Origin: Albugo candida | Lineage: Eukaryota | Reading direction: 5' to 3' | Assembly: GCA_040437565.1 (NCBI GenBank) | Contig: JBDOQK010000031.1 | Location: 310,001-374,000 of the forward strand | DNA: 64,000 nucleotides | Part shown: piece after piece, positions 48,784 to 60,725 of the stretch | Layout: each line of letters begins with the position of its first letter | Numbering within the stretch: the stretch's first letter is position 1 | Program-made: the position numbers and the translations under genes | The notes under the pieces: model-generated | What the model saw: only the letters and a program-made list of their open reading frames with translations | What the model was told of the DNA's origin: nothing | Database searches by the model: none

Positions 48784-51700
48784 TTAATCCAGATATTCTT
48801 CCAATAATGGACAACTACATATCAGATTCCGATCGCCAAAGACATTGTCAATCCTTCCGACTGGCGGCCAATATGATTTATTAATGCCATTCTGCTGCCA
48901 TTTCGCCGGAAATGCGGCCTGTTGACGCGTGTATTTGCGTTCCCACTGATCACACGCAATCATCGTAATAGTATGCGGCGCGTGACGCAGTGGCGAATCC
49001 TCCACATTCACTCTCCCATTCACAATCGCATCGATTTCCTGTCGAATTGTGATCATCGCGTTGCAGAATCGATTCATCTCAGGCAAACTCTCACTTTCCG
49101 TCGGTTCGATCATCAGTGTCCCTGCTACGGGCCACGACATTGTCGGACTGTGAAATCCGAAGTCCTGCAAGCGCTTGGCAATGTCTTCTTCGGTGATTCC
49201 ATGCGCTTTGAATGGGCGAATATCGATGATGAATTCATGGGCACATAATCCGTTCTGATCTTTGTACAGGACCTCATAATGATCTTCTAATTTCTTTGCC
49301 ATATAATTCGCATTTAAGATGGCATTCGCGGTCGCTTGTGTCAGCCCGGCAGCGCCCAACATGTGAATATACATCCAGGAAATTGGTAGAATGCCCGCAC
49401 TTCCAAACGGTGCCGCACTGATTGCACAAGAACTCTTCTTCACAACATGTTGGCCTTCTCCACTGCACGGAATCACCTGATGGCCGGGAAGAAATGGAGC
49501 CAAATGAGCAGCTACGCCAATGGTTCCAACTCCTGGACCACCACCACCGTGAGGGATGCAGAATGTTTTGTGGAGATTGAGATGGCAGACATCAGCTCCA
49601 ATGGATTTCGGATTGCACAGGCCGACTTGTGCATTCATATTCGCTCCATCCATGTACACTTGGCCACCATACGAGTGGATCAATGCGCAGATATCTTGGA
49701 CTCCTTGCTCGAAGACACCATACGTGGATGGGTAGGTGATCATGAGAGCACTCAATTCATTTGCGTGCTTTTTCGCTTTGTTTTCTAAATCCTGACGATC
49801 GATATTCCCCTTGTCGTCTGACTGGACGACCACAACTTTCATACCAGCCATTACCGCACTAGCTGGATTCGTTCCATGAGCAGACATTGGAATCAAGCAT
49901 ACATTACGATGTCCTTGGCCATTTGCACGCTGATATTCGCGAATGGATAACAGACCAGCGTATTCGCCTTGTGCACCCGAATTTGGTTGGGTCGACATTG
50001 CTGAAAAGCCTGTTATTTCTGCAAGCGTGGAATTGAGCGAATTGATCATTTCCAAGTATCCCGATGCTTGAGACTCTGGAACGAATGGATGAATGTTCAT
50101 AAATTGAGGCCAGGAGACGGGTTGGAGTTCAGATGCAGCATTTAATTTCATTGTACAAGAGCCTAATGAAATCATCGATCGATTCAGACCAAGATCTTTA
50201 TCTTCCAATCGCTTTAGATACCGCATCATTTCTGTTTCGGATCGATACTTTTGAAAGACATCATGTTGTAGATATGGTGATCGACGCTGGAGTTTTGATG
50301 GAAGGTTTTGTTGGTGTGCTTGCGGATAGAGCTTATGGATTTGCTCTACTTCAATGTGCTTCCCACTAAGAGCGTAAAGAATATTTTGTACGTCAAGCGC
50401 TTCGACGCGTTCCCCAAAGGATACACCAACTCGTGAAGAATCAATCTGTCGTAAATTGATTTTCTTTTCAGCGGCGCGAGACATCACAGCGGAAGCTTCC
50501 ACTTGATCATTCATAAGATCAATATCAAGTGTGTCAAAAAATGCCGACTTGTTGCGAATGTTGCATGTGGTGTGAGTCTCAATTCCTGCTGCAAGTACTG
50601 AGGTGAAAAAGTGAATCCTATTTGCGATTCGATGAAGTCCTTCCGGACCATGATAGATTGCGTACGCTGCTGCCATATTCGCTAACAATGCTTGAGCCGT
50701 ACAAATATTACTTGTCGCTTTATCACGACGAATGTGCTGCTCACGAGTCTGCATTGCCATTCTCAGCGCCCGGTTTCCTTGGGAGTCTTTGGATACTCCA
50801 ATAATGCGTCCTGGTAGTTTCCGATGGTACGCTTTAGAGGTTGCCATGAAGGCCGCATGCGGTCCACCAAACATCATCGGGACGCCAAAACGTTGGGCAG
50901 AGCCAATAGCGATATCTGCACCAAGTTCCCCTGGAGAAACGAGTTGGGTCAACGCCAACAGATCGACCGCCATAGACACCACAAGGCCATGTTCATGTGC
51001 TTTTTTCACAAATTGGCTATAGTCTTTGACACTTCCGTACGTATTTGGGTACTGCAGTAAGACTCCACTAAACTGCTTCAACACATCCTCTGGACCTTGC
51101 ATCAGATCTTTGATGGGATCACCGACAACAAGATCAATCTTCACATTCGTAGCTCTGGTTTGCATAACGCCAATGGATTGAGGATGACAATCTTCCGCAA
51201 CGAAAAATGAGTTTCGTTTTCCATTGGCTGCACCGTGAGAGAGTGTCATTGCTTCAGCTGCAGCTGTCGCTTCATCTAAAAGTGACGCATTCGAGAATTC
51301 CAATCCTGTGAGATCTTGAACCACTGTCTGAAAATTCAGCAGCATTTCCAATCGACCTTGTGAGATCTCAGCTTGGTACGGCGTATACGCTGTATACCAG
51401 CCCGGATTCTCCAGCATGTTACGTTGGATAACCGCGGGTGTGATGCAGTCATGATACCCTTGGCCGATGAAGGATTTGAGCATCTGATTTTTCTCAGCGA
51501 TTTCACGCAATTTGTCGAGTGCTTGATGCTCCGTCATTGGCTCTGAAAGACGCATTGGATGTTTCAATCGGATTTCTTGAGGGACGACTGTATCGATCAA
51601 TTCCTCGATCGAGTCAAAGCCGATGAACTGGAGCATTTCTGAGCGTTGTTTTTCGTCATAGACGCCTAAATGTCGTTGTAAAAAGAGTTCTCTTTCAGTG

Positions 51701-51822
51701 AATGAGGGCTTTGTAGACTTGAGCCTTTGAGGGGTGAATGACGTTGTTTTCCATGCAGAAGTGTAATGATTCTGTCGTGGTAGAACGCGTCGAGCTGCGG
51801 AATCCCATCGAGAAAGCAGCAT
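48784..51822 (-). CDS. GLDC: Glycine dehydrogenase (decarboxylating), glycine cleavage P-protein, mitochondrial
   Basis: YTPYQAEISQGRLE, TREQHIRRDKATSNICTAQAL, PLP-lysine motif HLNLHKTFCIPHGGGGPG; Arg/Ser-rich transit peptide from MLLSRW at 51822. Confidence 0.98.
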   Translation of the reverse strand: MLLSRWDSAARRVLPRQNHYTSAWKTTSFTPQRLKSTKPSFTERELFLQRHLGVYDEKQRSEMLQFIGFDSIEELIDTVVPQEIRLKHPMRLSEPMTEHQALDKLREIAEKNQMLKSFIGQGYHDCITPAVIQRNMLENPGWYTAYTPYQAEISQGRLEMLLNFQTVVQDLTGLEFSNASLLDEATAAAEAMTLSHGAANGKRNSFFVAEDCHPQSIGVMQTRATNVKIDLVVGDPIKDLMQGPEDVLKQFSGVLLQYPNTYGSVKDYSQFVKKAHEHGLVVSMAVDLLALTQLVSPGELGADIAIGSAQRFGVPMMFGGPHAAFMATSKAYHRKLPGRIIGVSKDSQGNRALRMAMQTREQHIRRDKATSNICTAQALLANMAAAYAIYHGPEGLHRIANRIHFFTSVLAAGIETHTTCNIRNKSAFFDTLDIDLMNDQVEASAVMSRAAEKKINLRQIDSSRVGVSFGERVEALDVQNILYALSGKHIEVEQIHKLYPQAHQQNLPSKLQRRSPYLQHDVFQKYRSETEMMRYLKRLEDKDLGLNRSMISLGSCTMKLNAASELQPVSWPQFMNIHPFVPESQASGYLEMINSLNSTLAEITGFSAMSTQPNSGAQGEYAGLLSIREYQRANGQGHRNVCLIPMSAHGTNPASAVMAGMKVVVVQSDDKGNIDRQDLENKAKKHANELSALMITYPSTYGVFEQGVQDICALIHSYGGQVYMDGANMNAQVGLCNPKSIGADVCHLNLHKTFCIPHGGGGPGVGTIGVAAHLAPFLPGHQVIPCSGEGQHVVKKSSCAISAAPFGSAGILPISWMYIHMLGAAGLTQATANAILNANYMAKKLEDHYEVLYKDQNGLCAHEFIIDIRPFKAHGITEEDIAKRLQDFGFHSPTMSWPVAGTLMIEPTESESLPEMNRFCNAMITIRQEIDAIVNGRVNVEDSPLRHAPHTITMIACDQWERKYTRQQAAFPAKWQQNGINKSYWPPVGRIDNVFGDRNLICSCPLLEEYLD

Positions 51823-52213
51823 TTGAGCTTTTGGATGGCGGTACTTGTTTACAATCAATTCCGCCAATCATTTTGGTAAACGCATCTAAATTATCCAATC
51901 TGAAGCTTATACTTGGNNNNNNNNNNNNNNNNNNNNNNNNNNNNNNNNNNNNNNNNNNNNNNNNNNNNNNNNNNNNNNNNNNNNNNNNNNNNNNNNNNNN
52001 NNNNNNNNNNNNNNNNGAGAAAGCAGCATTTGAGCTTTTGGATGGCGGTACTTGTTTACAATCAATTCCGCCAATCATATTGGCAAACGCATCTAAGTTA
52101 TCCAATCTGAAGCTTATACTTGGCATACTTAAGCTTACGTACGGGCGTATATAAGTATGTCTATTTTCGTAAAATAACAAAACGCACGGTAGCGCCTATC
52201 GATTGTTCCGAAT

Positions 52214-54668
52214 ATGGATAAAGCTTTACTTACTCGCGCTACTAGTAAGGAAGATGCGCCAACACCGGGTTATCTCTATGGTGAAATAGCACGCATGACC
52301 CAACATTCGTACGATACTTCTAACAAAGTAATGGATCTCATGATCTCAAGGGTGAAAAACAAACATCACACAATCAAATACAAAGCGTTACAAGTTATCA
52401 AACACATTTGCCGGGAAGGAAGAGCAGATTTCAAAAGGGAAATGCAGCGTCATATTCCAATAATCAAAGAATGTCTTCGTAAGGAATTTGTGTATGAATT
52501 GATTCATTTTTATGATTTCTCGTAATTTTATCAGAATTCAGAGGACCACCCGATCCGCTTAAAGGCGACGAATACTACCGCCGAGTTCGAGAAGCCGCAA
52601 AGGAATGTCTCGATGCCATCTATGACACAGATACAACCACAGGGTTGGGAAGTATGGGGATCTCTGCTCGGATTCAGGGCGTAGGGAACCCGGTGGATGC
52701 ATCGAATAGCAGTGGAGGCACTTGGGGTACCAAGCTTCCATGGGGAAAACAATCAGAGTCCCCACAGCCCAATATTGGTCAAATGCCAGGATATCCTCAG
52801 CATGGTGGAGGATACAACGCTCCCGGTCAAAGTAACTATCCCAATGGAGAACCATCAGCTGGTGGGTACAACGGTCCAAGCGTTCCGGGAGATCAGCCTT
52901 ATGGATATCCTTTGCCTTACCAGCCTGAATATGCTCATGGGGGTAATATGCAATACGGAGGTCAACCTCCGTTTGGACCTCCACCAGGCAACGAAAGGCT
53001 CTCAGGAATAGGAAATTCAATGTATCAAGACGCTCGAGGTCAGAGATCATCAAGTAGTAAAAGTCCAAGAGGTTGATTGGTTACATGTAGATGACAAGGG
53101 ATTTCTAAGAGGTTTGAAGGAAAAGGCTGCGTCCAAATTCTCAAAATCAGACAATCGAACATCGAAAGGAGCACCTCCAGGTTTAACGAATCCACCCGAT
53201 GGATGGAGCTATGCTACAAATCGTGGACCAAGTGGGGGATCGTATGCTCCAGGTGGTGTCCCGCCTTACAATCCAGACGAAACCTATCGTCCAGGTCATG
53301 TAAGCGGATACCGTCCGGGCTCTGCCGCTTATGCTGGCTCCTATTCCGATTCTCGTGATACGGCTACATCACAACTCCGAGAGAAATCATACGGTACTGT
53401 TGAGCATTCCATGCATTATCACTTGACTGAGTTGTGGTGATTATAGATGGCGACAGAAAGAAAGGTCGCGTTGGGGGCTCTTGGTCTAATGAAGTCGTAG
53501 AACCTCCTTCTTGCATGCCGTCAAGTCTTCCAAATCGGGCGAATGCTCCCAACACACAAATGAATGCATCGCAAGAGTATCATCCGGGAGTATATAAACA
53601 GCGTCATGTTGACCCGCAGCCTCCACTTGGACACACAATGGGCGCACAATCAGATGGGTCGTATGAAAGAAATCTTATCAGCGCACTTTGTGCTCCAGGA
53701 GGGATGCGAGCTGTGCCTCCAAAAGACAAAATGGACGCCTTCCTCAAAAGTGCGATCACATTAGACCCCGAGGTTGTCGGACCAATATTAGAAGACTGTC
53801 TCGCCGACGGGCAATGGACGGTAACTCATCGCACACTCTTGTGATTCCCACGCTTATTAACGCCGTCTAGGTTGTGTCAAAAGCACTGACGACGATCGAA
53901 GCGCTTGTCAAAAGTGATGGATGCGATGGTTTTTTCGAGTATTTCGCCGACAATAGCACAGAAATTGAAGCCTGCGCTCGATCCGAAAAAAATGCTATAC
54001 GTGATCGAGCCATTCGAATCATCAAAGTATTGGGTGTATCTGAAGGAAGTGAGAGCGCGTACTCCAAAACACACCCTGAAACGACCTCGGATGTGTCTCA
54101 GCCTCAGCCTCAGCCTCAAGCGGATTTACTTGGCGATTTCAGTCAAGATTCATCATCAAATTCTCTCTTTTCCGGCTTGCAAACGACATCACGAAGCACT
54201 CCTGAACCACCTACAACCAGTACGGAAACTGTCACAAATATGTTTGGTGGACTCGCTATCCAAACAAACTCTCAGCCTGCAAACACGCCAGAGCCATCTG
54301 TCCTCCCTCCAGTGAATCCCAACGCATCTGCGAGCTTGGATCCTCTCTTACAACCAGTAGCCACTCCTCTTCAATCCAACGCGTCCGCTTATATGATGAC
54401 TTACAACCCACAGCAAATGGCTCAAATGCAAATGGCTCAGCTTCAGCAGATGCAGTATATGCAACAGATGCATTACATGCAAATGCAAGGCGCCAATATC
54501 CACGCTCCTCCCATCAATTCTCAAGTGATTGGAGCCGCAATGACTCCGTCAGGGTACATCGCGAAAACAATCCAAGAGCCGACGGAAAATGCCGACTCGA
54601 GCTTTGGCTTCATAAAGAAGAAAGACGACTCGTTCAATTTTGTCAAAGACGCGATGAAGAACGGGTAG
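52214..54668 (+). CDS. TEPSIN: AP-4 accessory protein tepsin / MTV1-like (ENTH plus VHS-like), multi-exon
   Basis: RATSKEDAPTPGYLYGEI...FRGPPDPLKGD..YRRVREAA, RIQGVGN, second domain YERNLISALCAPGGMRAVP. Confidence 0.88.
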
Positions 54669-54755
54669 CGCTGAAGAACGAACAGTTAGCTTTATAATTG
54701 TGATTTCGTAATAGCAATCGCTTTGTTTGTGTTCCATTTTGACTTTTTTCACGCA

Positions 54756-55766
54756 ATGTGGCGGCATGCGCGCATTCTCTACACACATTCCAAAGCGTAT
54801 GCGAATCGATGCAACCCATTATGCGTAGCGGTGACAAAGCGCACGGCGTTCGATATCGGCGTCGCCACATTAACCGGCGGCATTATCACCACTCGGTTTC
54901 TGACGTGCAAGAATGATGATGAATCCTGGCTTGAATTTGCAACGAACGCAGTGAGGAATGCGGTGAGTGTGTGTCAGGAAGGAATGGAGAACAAACCCAA
55001 AGCGATTGTGGGGATCATTGGTGTCAATTGTGTTGTGTTTGGGCTATGGCGTATCTCACTGAATCGAAAGGGAATGCATCGATGGATGTGGCGTCATTTT
55101 GCGTGTTCGTTCGACGCGGTTTTCACCGGAAAGCGATACCACACACTCTTTACGAGCGCATTCAGTCAAATTACGTTTCCGCATTTCGCTATTAATATGT
55201 TTATGCTGTGGGAATTCGGTGCGCAAATCGTTGAGAAAAATGACGCAACGTTTTGGATACAAAATGCCTTTAGCGAATCAAAAATGGCGGCATTGATGCG
55301 GAAGCGATTCGGATGGAAGAAAAAGCTCAGTGAAAACGAGTTTCTGGCGATGTATGCGGGAGCAGCAATCATATCTTCCGTCTCAAGCATAGTCGTCTCT
55401 CGCTTTCGTGGCATGCGGCAGGGTACGTCTGTCAGAGATGTAAACTGTTGCTGATGCTTTTATAGTGTATACGCTGGGCGCCAGTGGCTGTGTCATGGCG
55501 GTCTTCACGTTGTATTGCTCAATGTATCCAAATGAAAGGGTAAGCGTTTTGATTTTCTTTCTGCATCGTAAGCTCATATTTGAGTATAGCTTTTGTTGTA
55601 TGGGCTTTTCGACTGCTCGGCTTTGGACATGCTGAAACTGACAACTGCCGGGAATATTGTTGGAGTTGCGTATCAGCGTAAAGTATCAATCGACTTTGTA
55701 GGTCATTTGGCGGGCCAAGCAACAGGATACGCTTTTGACAAGAGAATGAGACAATTGGGATATTGA
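54756..55766 (+). CDS. Rhomboid intramembrane serine protease, PARL/Pcp1-like
   Basis: HFAINMFML, catalytic LGASG and IDFVGHLAG after splicing; basic presequence-like N-terminus. Confidence 0.85.
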
Positions 55767-55814
55767 GGTTGACGATATTATTTGGTGCAAACTAGCTCTG
55801 AAATGATAAGCCAG

Positions 55815-56845
55815 TTATTCTGCTTGTTCCAAATAGTCTTTGACTTCTGCAGGAGTCAGAACGTAAAACTTTTTGTCGTCTTTGATGATCCCAATCTCGA
55901 TATTGCCTTCGTTCATCTGACATAAACACATGAGCATCGTTTCAACAAAACGACCTTATAATATAATACCTCTCCTTCAAAGCCTTCTCGAAGCGTTAGT
56001 AAGGCTGTGTGAATGGCATCTTCAATCTCTAGATCGTCGTTATAGCGCTAACAAACAGACGTTCAGTCAAGTGATCCTGCTGGCCAACGTGACAATTATC
56101 AATCACCTTTTCCAGAAACGTTTTGGCACTGACGGCTCCTTTACCAATAGCAGTAGCTTTCCATCCAAAGTAGGATCCGGAAGGATCAATTTGATACAAT
56201 TGAGGACCATCATCATCGTATCCAGCAAATAATATCGAGACACCAAAAGGACGAACACCGCCAGACTAATTCAGCTACATGAGAGAAGATCCAGCATTTT
56301 TTCATCTTGTTGTCATCACCTGGGTGAATTCCTGCATGATGGTAGCGAGCTCGCGGACTAAGATACTCGCCGGTGCGTGTTCCTTCACAAACAAATTATC
56401 ATCGTACTGATCTCGAGTGCTTGTACTCCATGTATACCTTAAACTTTTGGTAGTAAGTTTGTGCCTTCTTTCGGGCTTTACGGACCAAAACGCGATAATC
56501 TGGTCCAAGACCGCTGTAAATGATCCCTTCACGAGATCATTGAGACAAGCATCGACTTTTGATGAGAGAAGAGACTTCGTACCAGCACATTCGGACAAGA
56601 GAGCGATCTTATTGTTTGTGCTTTCATCGACCAAAATTGTGGGCAGTTTCTTATCCGTAGCGATAACCACACCGTTTTTCGCTTTGGAGATATCAGAACG
56701 AGTGGCGGTGAGACTATCGCGACTTACATCGTATTCCGAGCGAGGTTTTGCCTCCATTGACGGCGTTCAACGCGTACTCAATTTGCAGCAATTTCCCTGA
56801 AGGATTGAAAGTAGTCAAACTGAACGAATACGCCGAATCACTCAT
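55815..56845 (-). CDS. PSMA2: 20S proteasome subunit alpha type-2, multi-exon
   Basis: [46 protein letters not shown]-terminus [10 protein letters not shown]. Confidence 0.96.
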
Positions 56846-57072
56846 TATTTCTGTTTTGATGCAAATATATCATTCAGCGTAAAGGAACTATTGATCAATC
56901 AATCCTGAAAGCAGCCACCGTACATGAGTATCTTTTGTAACAAATGTAGCTTCGAAATAACCGACACAAAACTGATATGATTTCTGGATTGATCGCGTTG
57001 TGTCTACACTTGTGTTGACGAAGCCCTACTTTGTGTGGTAGAGCATTCTCGGAGATTTTGTGGTCAGAAAGA

Positions 57073-60000
57073 ATGGCGAATTTGCATCGTCCTGAAAATG
57101 CACTTAAACGTGCCAAAGAGCTGCTCACTATCCCCAACATTGATGCTGGCGTCCTACTACGCACCAAGAAATCGGCTTTGGAAACTCTCCACGATGCATT
57201 ATCCGCAAAGTATCAGCGAACATGGCTCCCAGCGCATGAAGAGCTCATCATTCTCTACTTGGATATCTGTATCGAACTTCAGCTAGAGAGAGTTGCAAAA
57301 GGAGGGTTGCATCAGTACCGTAATCTCTCAATACAGCAGAATCCAGCGTCATTAGAAAAAGTCATTTTGCATCTCATTACCGAAACCGATCGCAAGCTTT
57401 CGCAAGCAAGAGATGAGAGCAATGAGCGCGTGATACAGACTGGTGCTAGAGTTGATCTTGAAGGCCTCCAGTCTCCTGAATCAGCTATGTTGCTGGCCAC
57501 AAACTTCGATAACGTAAGCGATCGCTCTGACCGCGAGCTTGTTGTTCCTTGGCTTCGTTTCATGTGGGAAATATTCCGTCATGTCCTCGATACACTCAAA
57601 AACAATTCCAAATCAGAACAACTTTACAAAACAGTTGCGCTGAAAGCGTTCGACTTTTGTGTCACATATGCTCGTAAAATTGAGTTTCGTCGATTATGCG
57701 AGATATTGCGCCATCATCTTGTCAACTTGCAAAAGCACACAACCGCTCCAACCGATCAATCTACTCGTCAGTTGCGAGCTTGGGATGGGTTTACATCCAG
57801 TAGCGTGGAAAATCTATTGGAAATTCGATATCACCAAGTTAGTGTTGCCATCAAGCTCGAATTATACTCGGAGGCGTTCCGTACCGTGGATGATATCAAT
57901 GTGATCATGGGATTGATCGATGAGCTTCCTAACGAAAAACTCATTTTGGAATATTACGAGAAATTGGCGGACATATTTCTCGTTTCAGACAATTTTTTGT
58001 TTCACGCCTTTGCGCTTCACAAATGTTATATGCTGAAGAGCGAAAGTATTGGACAGAAAGCTGTGAGTCTTCTTCCCCCATTCAGTGAAGCGGAACAGAA
58101 ACAACTGGCGACTAAAGTCTCATTGGCCGCATTGTCTATTCCCTTTATCGATTTCGAAAATACGGGCACGGCGGTATTAGACGATGACAATTCTGGTGGC
58201 ATTAGTCTCCAAAATGCTGGAGGCGCCAACGGATCTGTCGCACTCCGCGAGAAGAATGCACGAATGGCTTCTTTAATGGCGTTTGTGTCGATTCCGACCC
58301 GAGAAGATCTAATCGATGCGATTGAAACATCAGGAATCATTCACAAAGCTATTCCTGACGTTCAGGCACTTTATCGTCATTTGGAGATGGAAGAGATCGA
58401 TCCTCTTCAGATTGTTCAGCTTGTTAAAGTGTTTCTGGATAAATTACGCTCAACGCAAGCATCCCTTTCTGGTTATACTGCGAGCATCGAGAAGCTTCTC
58501 GTGCGTCGTGTACTTTTCCAATTGACTCGAGTCTACTCCACCGTCACCATCGACCATCTAAAATCTATATTTCATGGTCTGGACGTAACATACGAAGAAA
58601 TCGAACAGCTTATCGTCCGGTCTCGCTCGTTGAGCACTGTCTCGCAGTCGAGTGCACATAATCTTCCAACAACGTATGGAAAAGCCAAGCAGTATGACGC
58701 TGGCTCAAGCTCTGGTCATGCAAATACGATCTCTGTGATGCCGAAAATCAAAATTCGCATCGATCACATTCAAAAATGTATTCGGTTCAATGACGCAATC
58801 GAGCTGGAAGCGAATCCCACACAATTGTGCGCGCTCGGAGAACGACTCGCTCGAGCTTTAAACCGGCTGCACCCTGACCAAAGGAGAGCTGATGTGAGGA
58901 CGAAAGTATTCTCTCAAGCTCGCAGACATCTCAATGAAACCAGGCGAGCAATGTTGTCCCGTGGTGAATTGATTGAGCGAAAGAAAGAAGAATTTGAGCT
59001 GTTACAACAGGAAAAGCAGAAACTATTGGAGCGGAAGCGTGAGGAATACGAAAATGTGCGACAAATATTGGAAAAAGCTCGAATTGATAAAGAAACTTTG
59101 CGTCGCGAAATGGAAAAGAAACAAAGAATTAAAGAAGAAATCGCTTTGAAAGAAACAAAACAGGCTTTGAATCAGCTTGGACGCAATGATCTCGATACGA
59201 TGGACCTGGAAAACATCGATCGAGAGAAAATCGATGAATTGATGAAAAAAGCCAAAATGAAAGCACAACGAGCAAAGGAAGAAGCACAACGAAAAATTCG
59301 AGAGAATGCTCGTCGATTAGACTATATCATACGTGCTACTCGCGAAGTGGAGCAGCCTGTTCTCCAGCAACAATTCATCAAAGCTAAACAGGACGCGAAA
59401 ATCAATTACGAAAAGTCGAAAGAGGAGCGCATCAAAAATGCGCGTGAAGAGCATGAGAATGGCCTGAAAGAAAAAGAAAGACTTCTGCCCGCTCAAGAGA
59501 TCATTTTAGAATTCGAAACAGCTCATTTCCGTCGTCGACTTGAAGAATTCAAGCTGATCTCTGAAGAGCAAAGAAAAGCAGCTTTACTCGCAAAACTTCA
59601 GAAACGTGTTGCGAACGCAAAGGCTCGTTTCGAAGATGAGAAAGCAAAGGCCCAGGAACTCCTTGAACAACAGCAAGCCGAAGAACTCGCTCGCCAGAAA
59701 GAGCTTGAGCTAGAAAATGAAGAGAAAGCCAGAGAAGAAGCAAAACGTGCTGAGATGCAGCGGTTAGAAGACCAAAGAAAACGGGCAGAAGAGCTAAGGA
59801 TAGAAGAGCAACAAAAACGAGAGGAGGAGCAGAGAATGCAAGAACAGAGCAAGCGTGACGCAGAGATGAAACAGGAGCGACAGCCGACTCGATCGTATGG
59901 CGCTGGAGCAGATGAGGGTCAAGGTCGCTGGAGTCGGACAGGATACAAGTCATCACGTGACCCGCCCTCCGAGAAACCCTGGGAACGTCAGGGTGCTCCA

Positions 60001-60474
60001 GCTAGCACGGCTTGGTCTGGAATCCGTAGAGGTGATCGTGACCGAGATTCGCAACGCCCAGATCGATTACAGGACGATCAGGGTCGGGATAGAGGCTCAT
60101 ATCGACGGCCCGGTGACCGAGATAGCTCTCGACCTGACCGAGGGATCGATGATCAAGATCGTGAGAGATTCTTTCATCGTCCGAATGATCGCTCTGAACG
60201 CAAACAAGATGTACCTAATCGTGAACAAGGTTGGCGGAGTAATGATCGGGATTCTGGTGGATACAGAAAACCAATCCGCGATACCGATCGCACGATCGAG
60301 AAGGGTGTGTGGCGGAAGGATCGATCAGACTCGGGAAGTGTGCAACGCGAAGGTTCCAATATTGATGAAACGAATTCCGCACGGGAAGATAAAGGCGCGT
60401 ATCAAGCTCCTCGTAAACGGGATCAACCACCTCCGCGGGACCGTGTATCGGCACCGAACTCAAGATGGAGATGA
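57073..60474 (+). CDS. EIF3A: Eukaryotic translation initiation factor 3 subunit A
   Basis: RPENALKRAKEL, AKGGLHQYR, DRELVVPWLRFMWE, EFRRLCEILRHHL, RRLDYIIRATR, coiled coil and R/D-rich tail. Confidence 0.97.
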   Translation: MANLHRPENALKRAKELLTIPNIDAGVLLRTKKSALETLHDALSAKYQRTWLPAHEELIILYLDICIELQLERVAKGGLHQYRNLSIQQNPASLEKVILHLITETDRKLSQARDESNERVIQTGARVDLEGLQSPESAMLLATNFDNVSDRSDRELVVPWLRFMWEIFRHVLDTLKNNSKSEQLYKTVALKAFDFCVTYARKIEFRRLCEILRHHLVNLQKHTTAPTDQSTRQLRAWDGFTSSSVENLLEIRYHQVSVAIKLELYSEAFRTVDDINVIMGLIDELPNEKLILEYYEKLADIFLVSDNFLFHAFALHKCYMLKSESIGQKAVSLLPPFSEAEQKQLATKVSLAALSIPFIDFENTGTAVLDDDNSGGISLQNAGGANGSVALREKNARMASLMAFVSIPTREDLIDAIETSGIIHKAIPDVQALYRHLEMEEIDPLQIVQLVKVFLDKLRSTQASLSGYTASIEKLLVRRVLFQLTRVYSTVTIDHLKSIFHGLDVTYEEIEQLIVRSRSLSTVSQSSAHNLPTTYGKAKQYDAGSSSGHANTISVMPKIKIRIDHIQKCIRFNDAIELEANPTQLCALGERLARALNRLHPDQRRADVRTKVFSQARRHLNETRRAMLSRGELIERKKEEFELLQQEKQKLLERKREEYENVRQILEKARIDKETLRREMEKKQRIKEEIALKETKQALNQLGRNDLDTMDLENIDREKIDELMKKAKMKAQRAKEEAQRKIRENARRLDYIIRATREVEQPVLQQQFIKAKQDAKINYEKSKEERIKNAREEHENGLKEKERLLPAQEIILEFETAHFRRRLEEFKLISEEQRKAALLAKLQKRVANAKARFEDEKAKAQELLEQQQAEELARQKELELENEEKAREEAKRAEMQRLEDQRKRAEELRIEEQQKREEEQRMQEQSKRDAEMKQERQPTRSYGAGADEGQGRWSRTGYKSSRDPPSEKPWERQGAPASTAWSGIRRGDRDRDSQRPDRLQDDQGRDRGSYRRPGDRDSSRPDRGIDDQDRERFFHRPNDRSERKQDVPNREQGWRSNDRDSGGYRKPIRDTDRTIEKGVWRKDRSDSGSVQREGSNIDETNSAREDKGAYQAPRKRDQPPPRDRVSAPNSRWR

Positions 60475-60725
60475 TGTTGAGGTGATCCAGTCGTTTAAAA
60501 TATCTCATTCTTTTGACATTTTGTTTCTCATACGGGGCTTCTTCCCATACGCCCGTGTGTCTCACATTCCTTTTACTTTGTTTCCATGAGGGAGCTCATC
60601 GCACGGGAGATACATCGAGAGCTGTTGCGTCCGAACTGTTCATCACGAGCGTCGAAAATCACAGCCACCTGACTTTTCCATACAGCCATAATTGAACAAA
60701 ATGTATCAATCACAAGCTGAACTGA

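Noticed and set aside
59897-60589. 230-aa alternative-frame ORF and R/D-rich repeats at the eIF3a 3' end
   Set aside because: By-product of the low-complexity tail that is normal for eIF3a.
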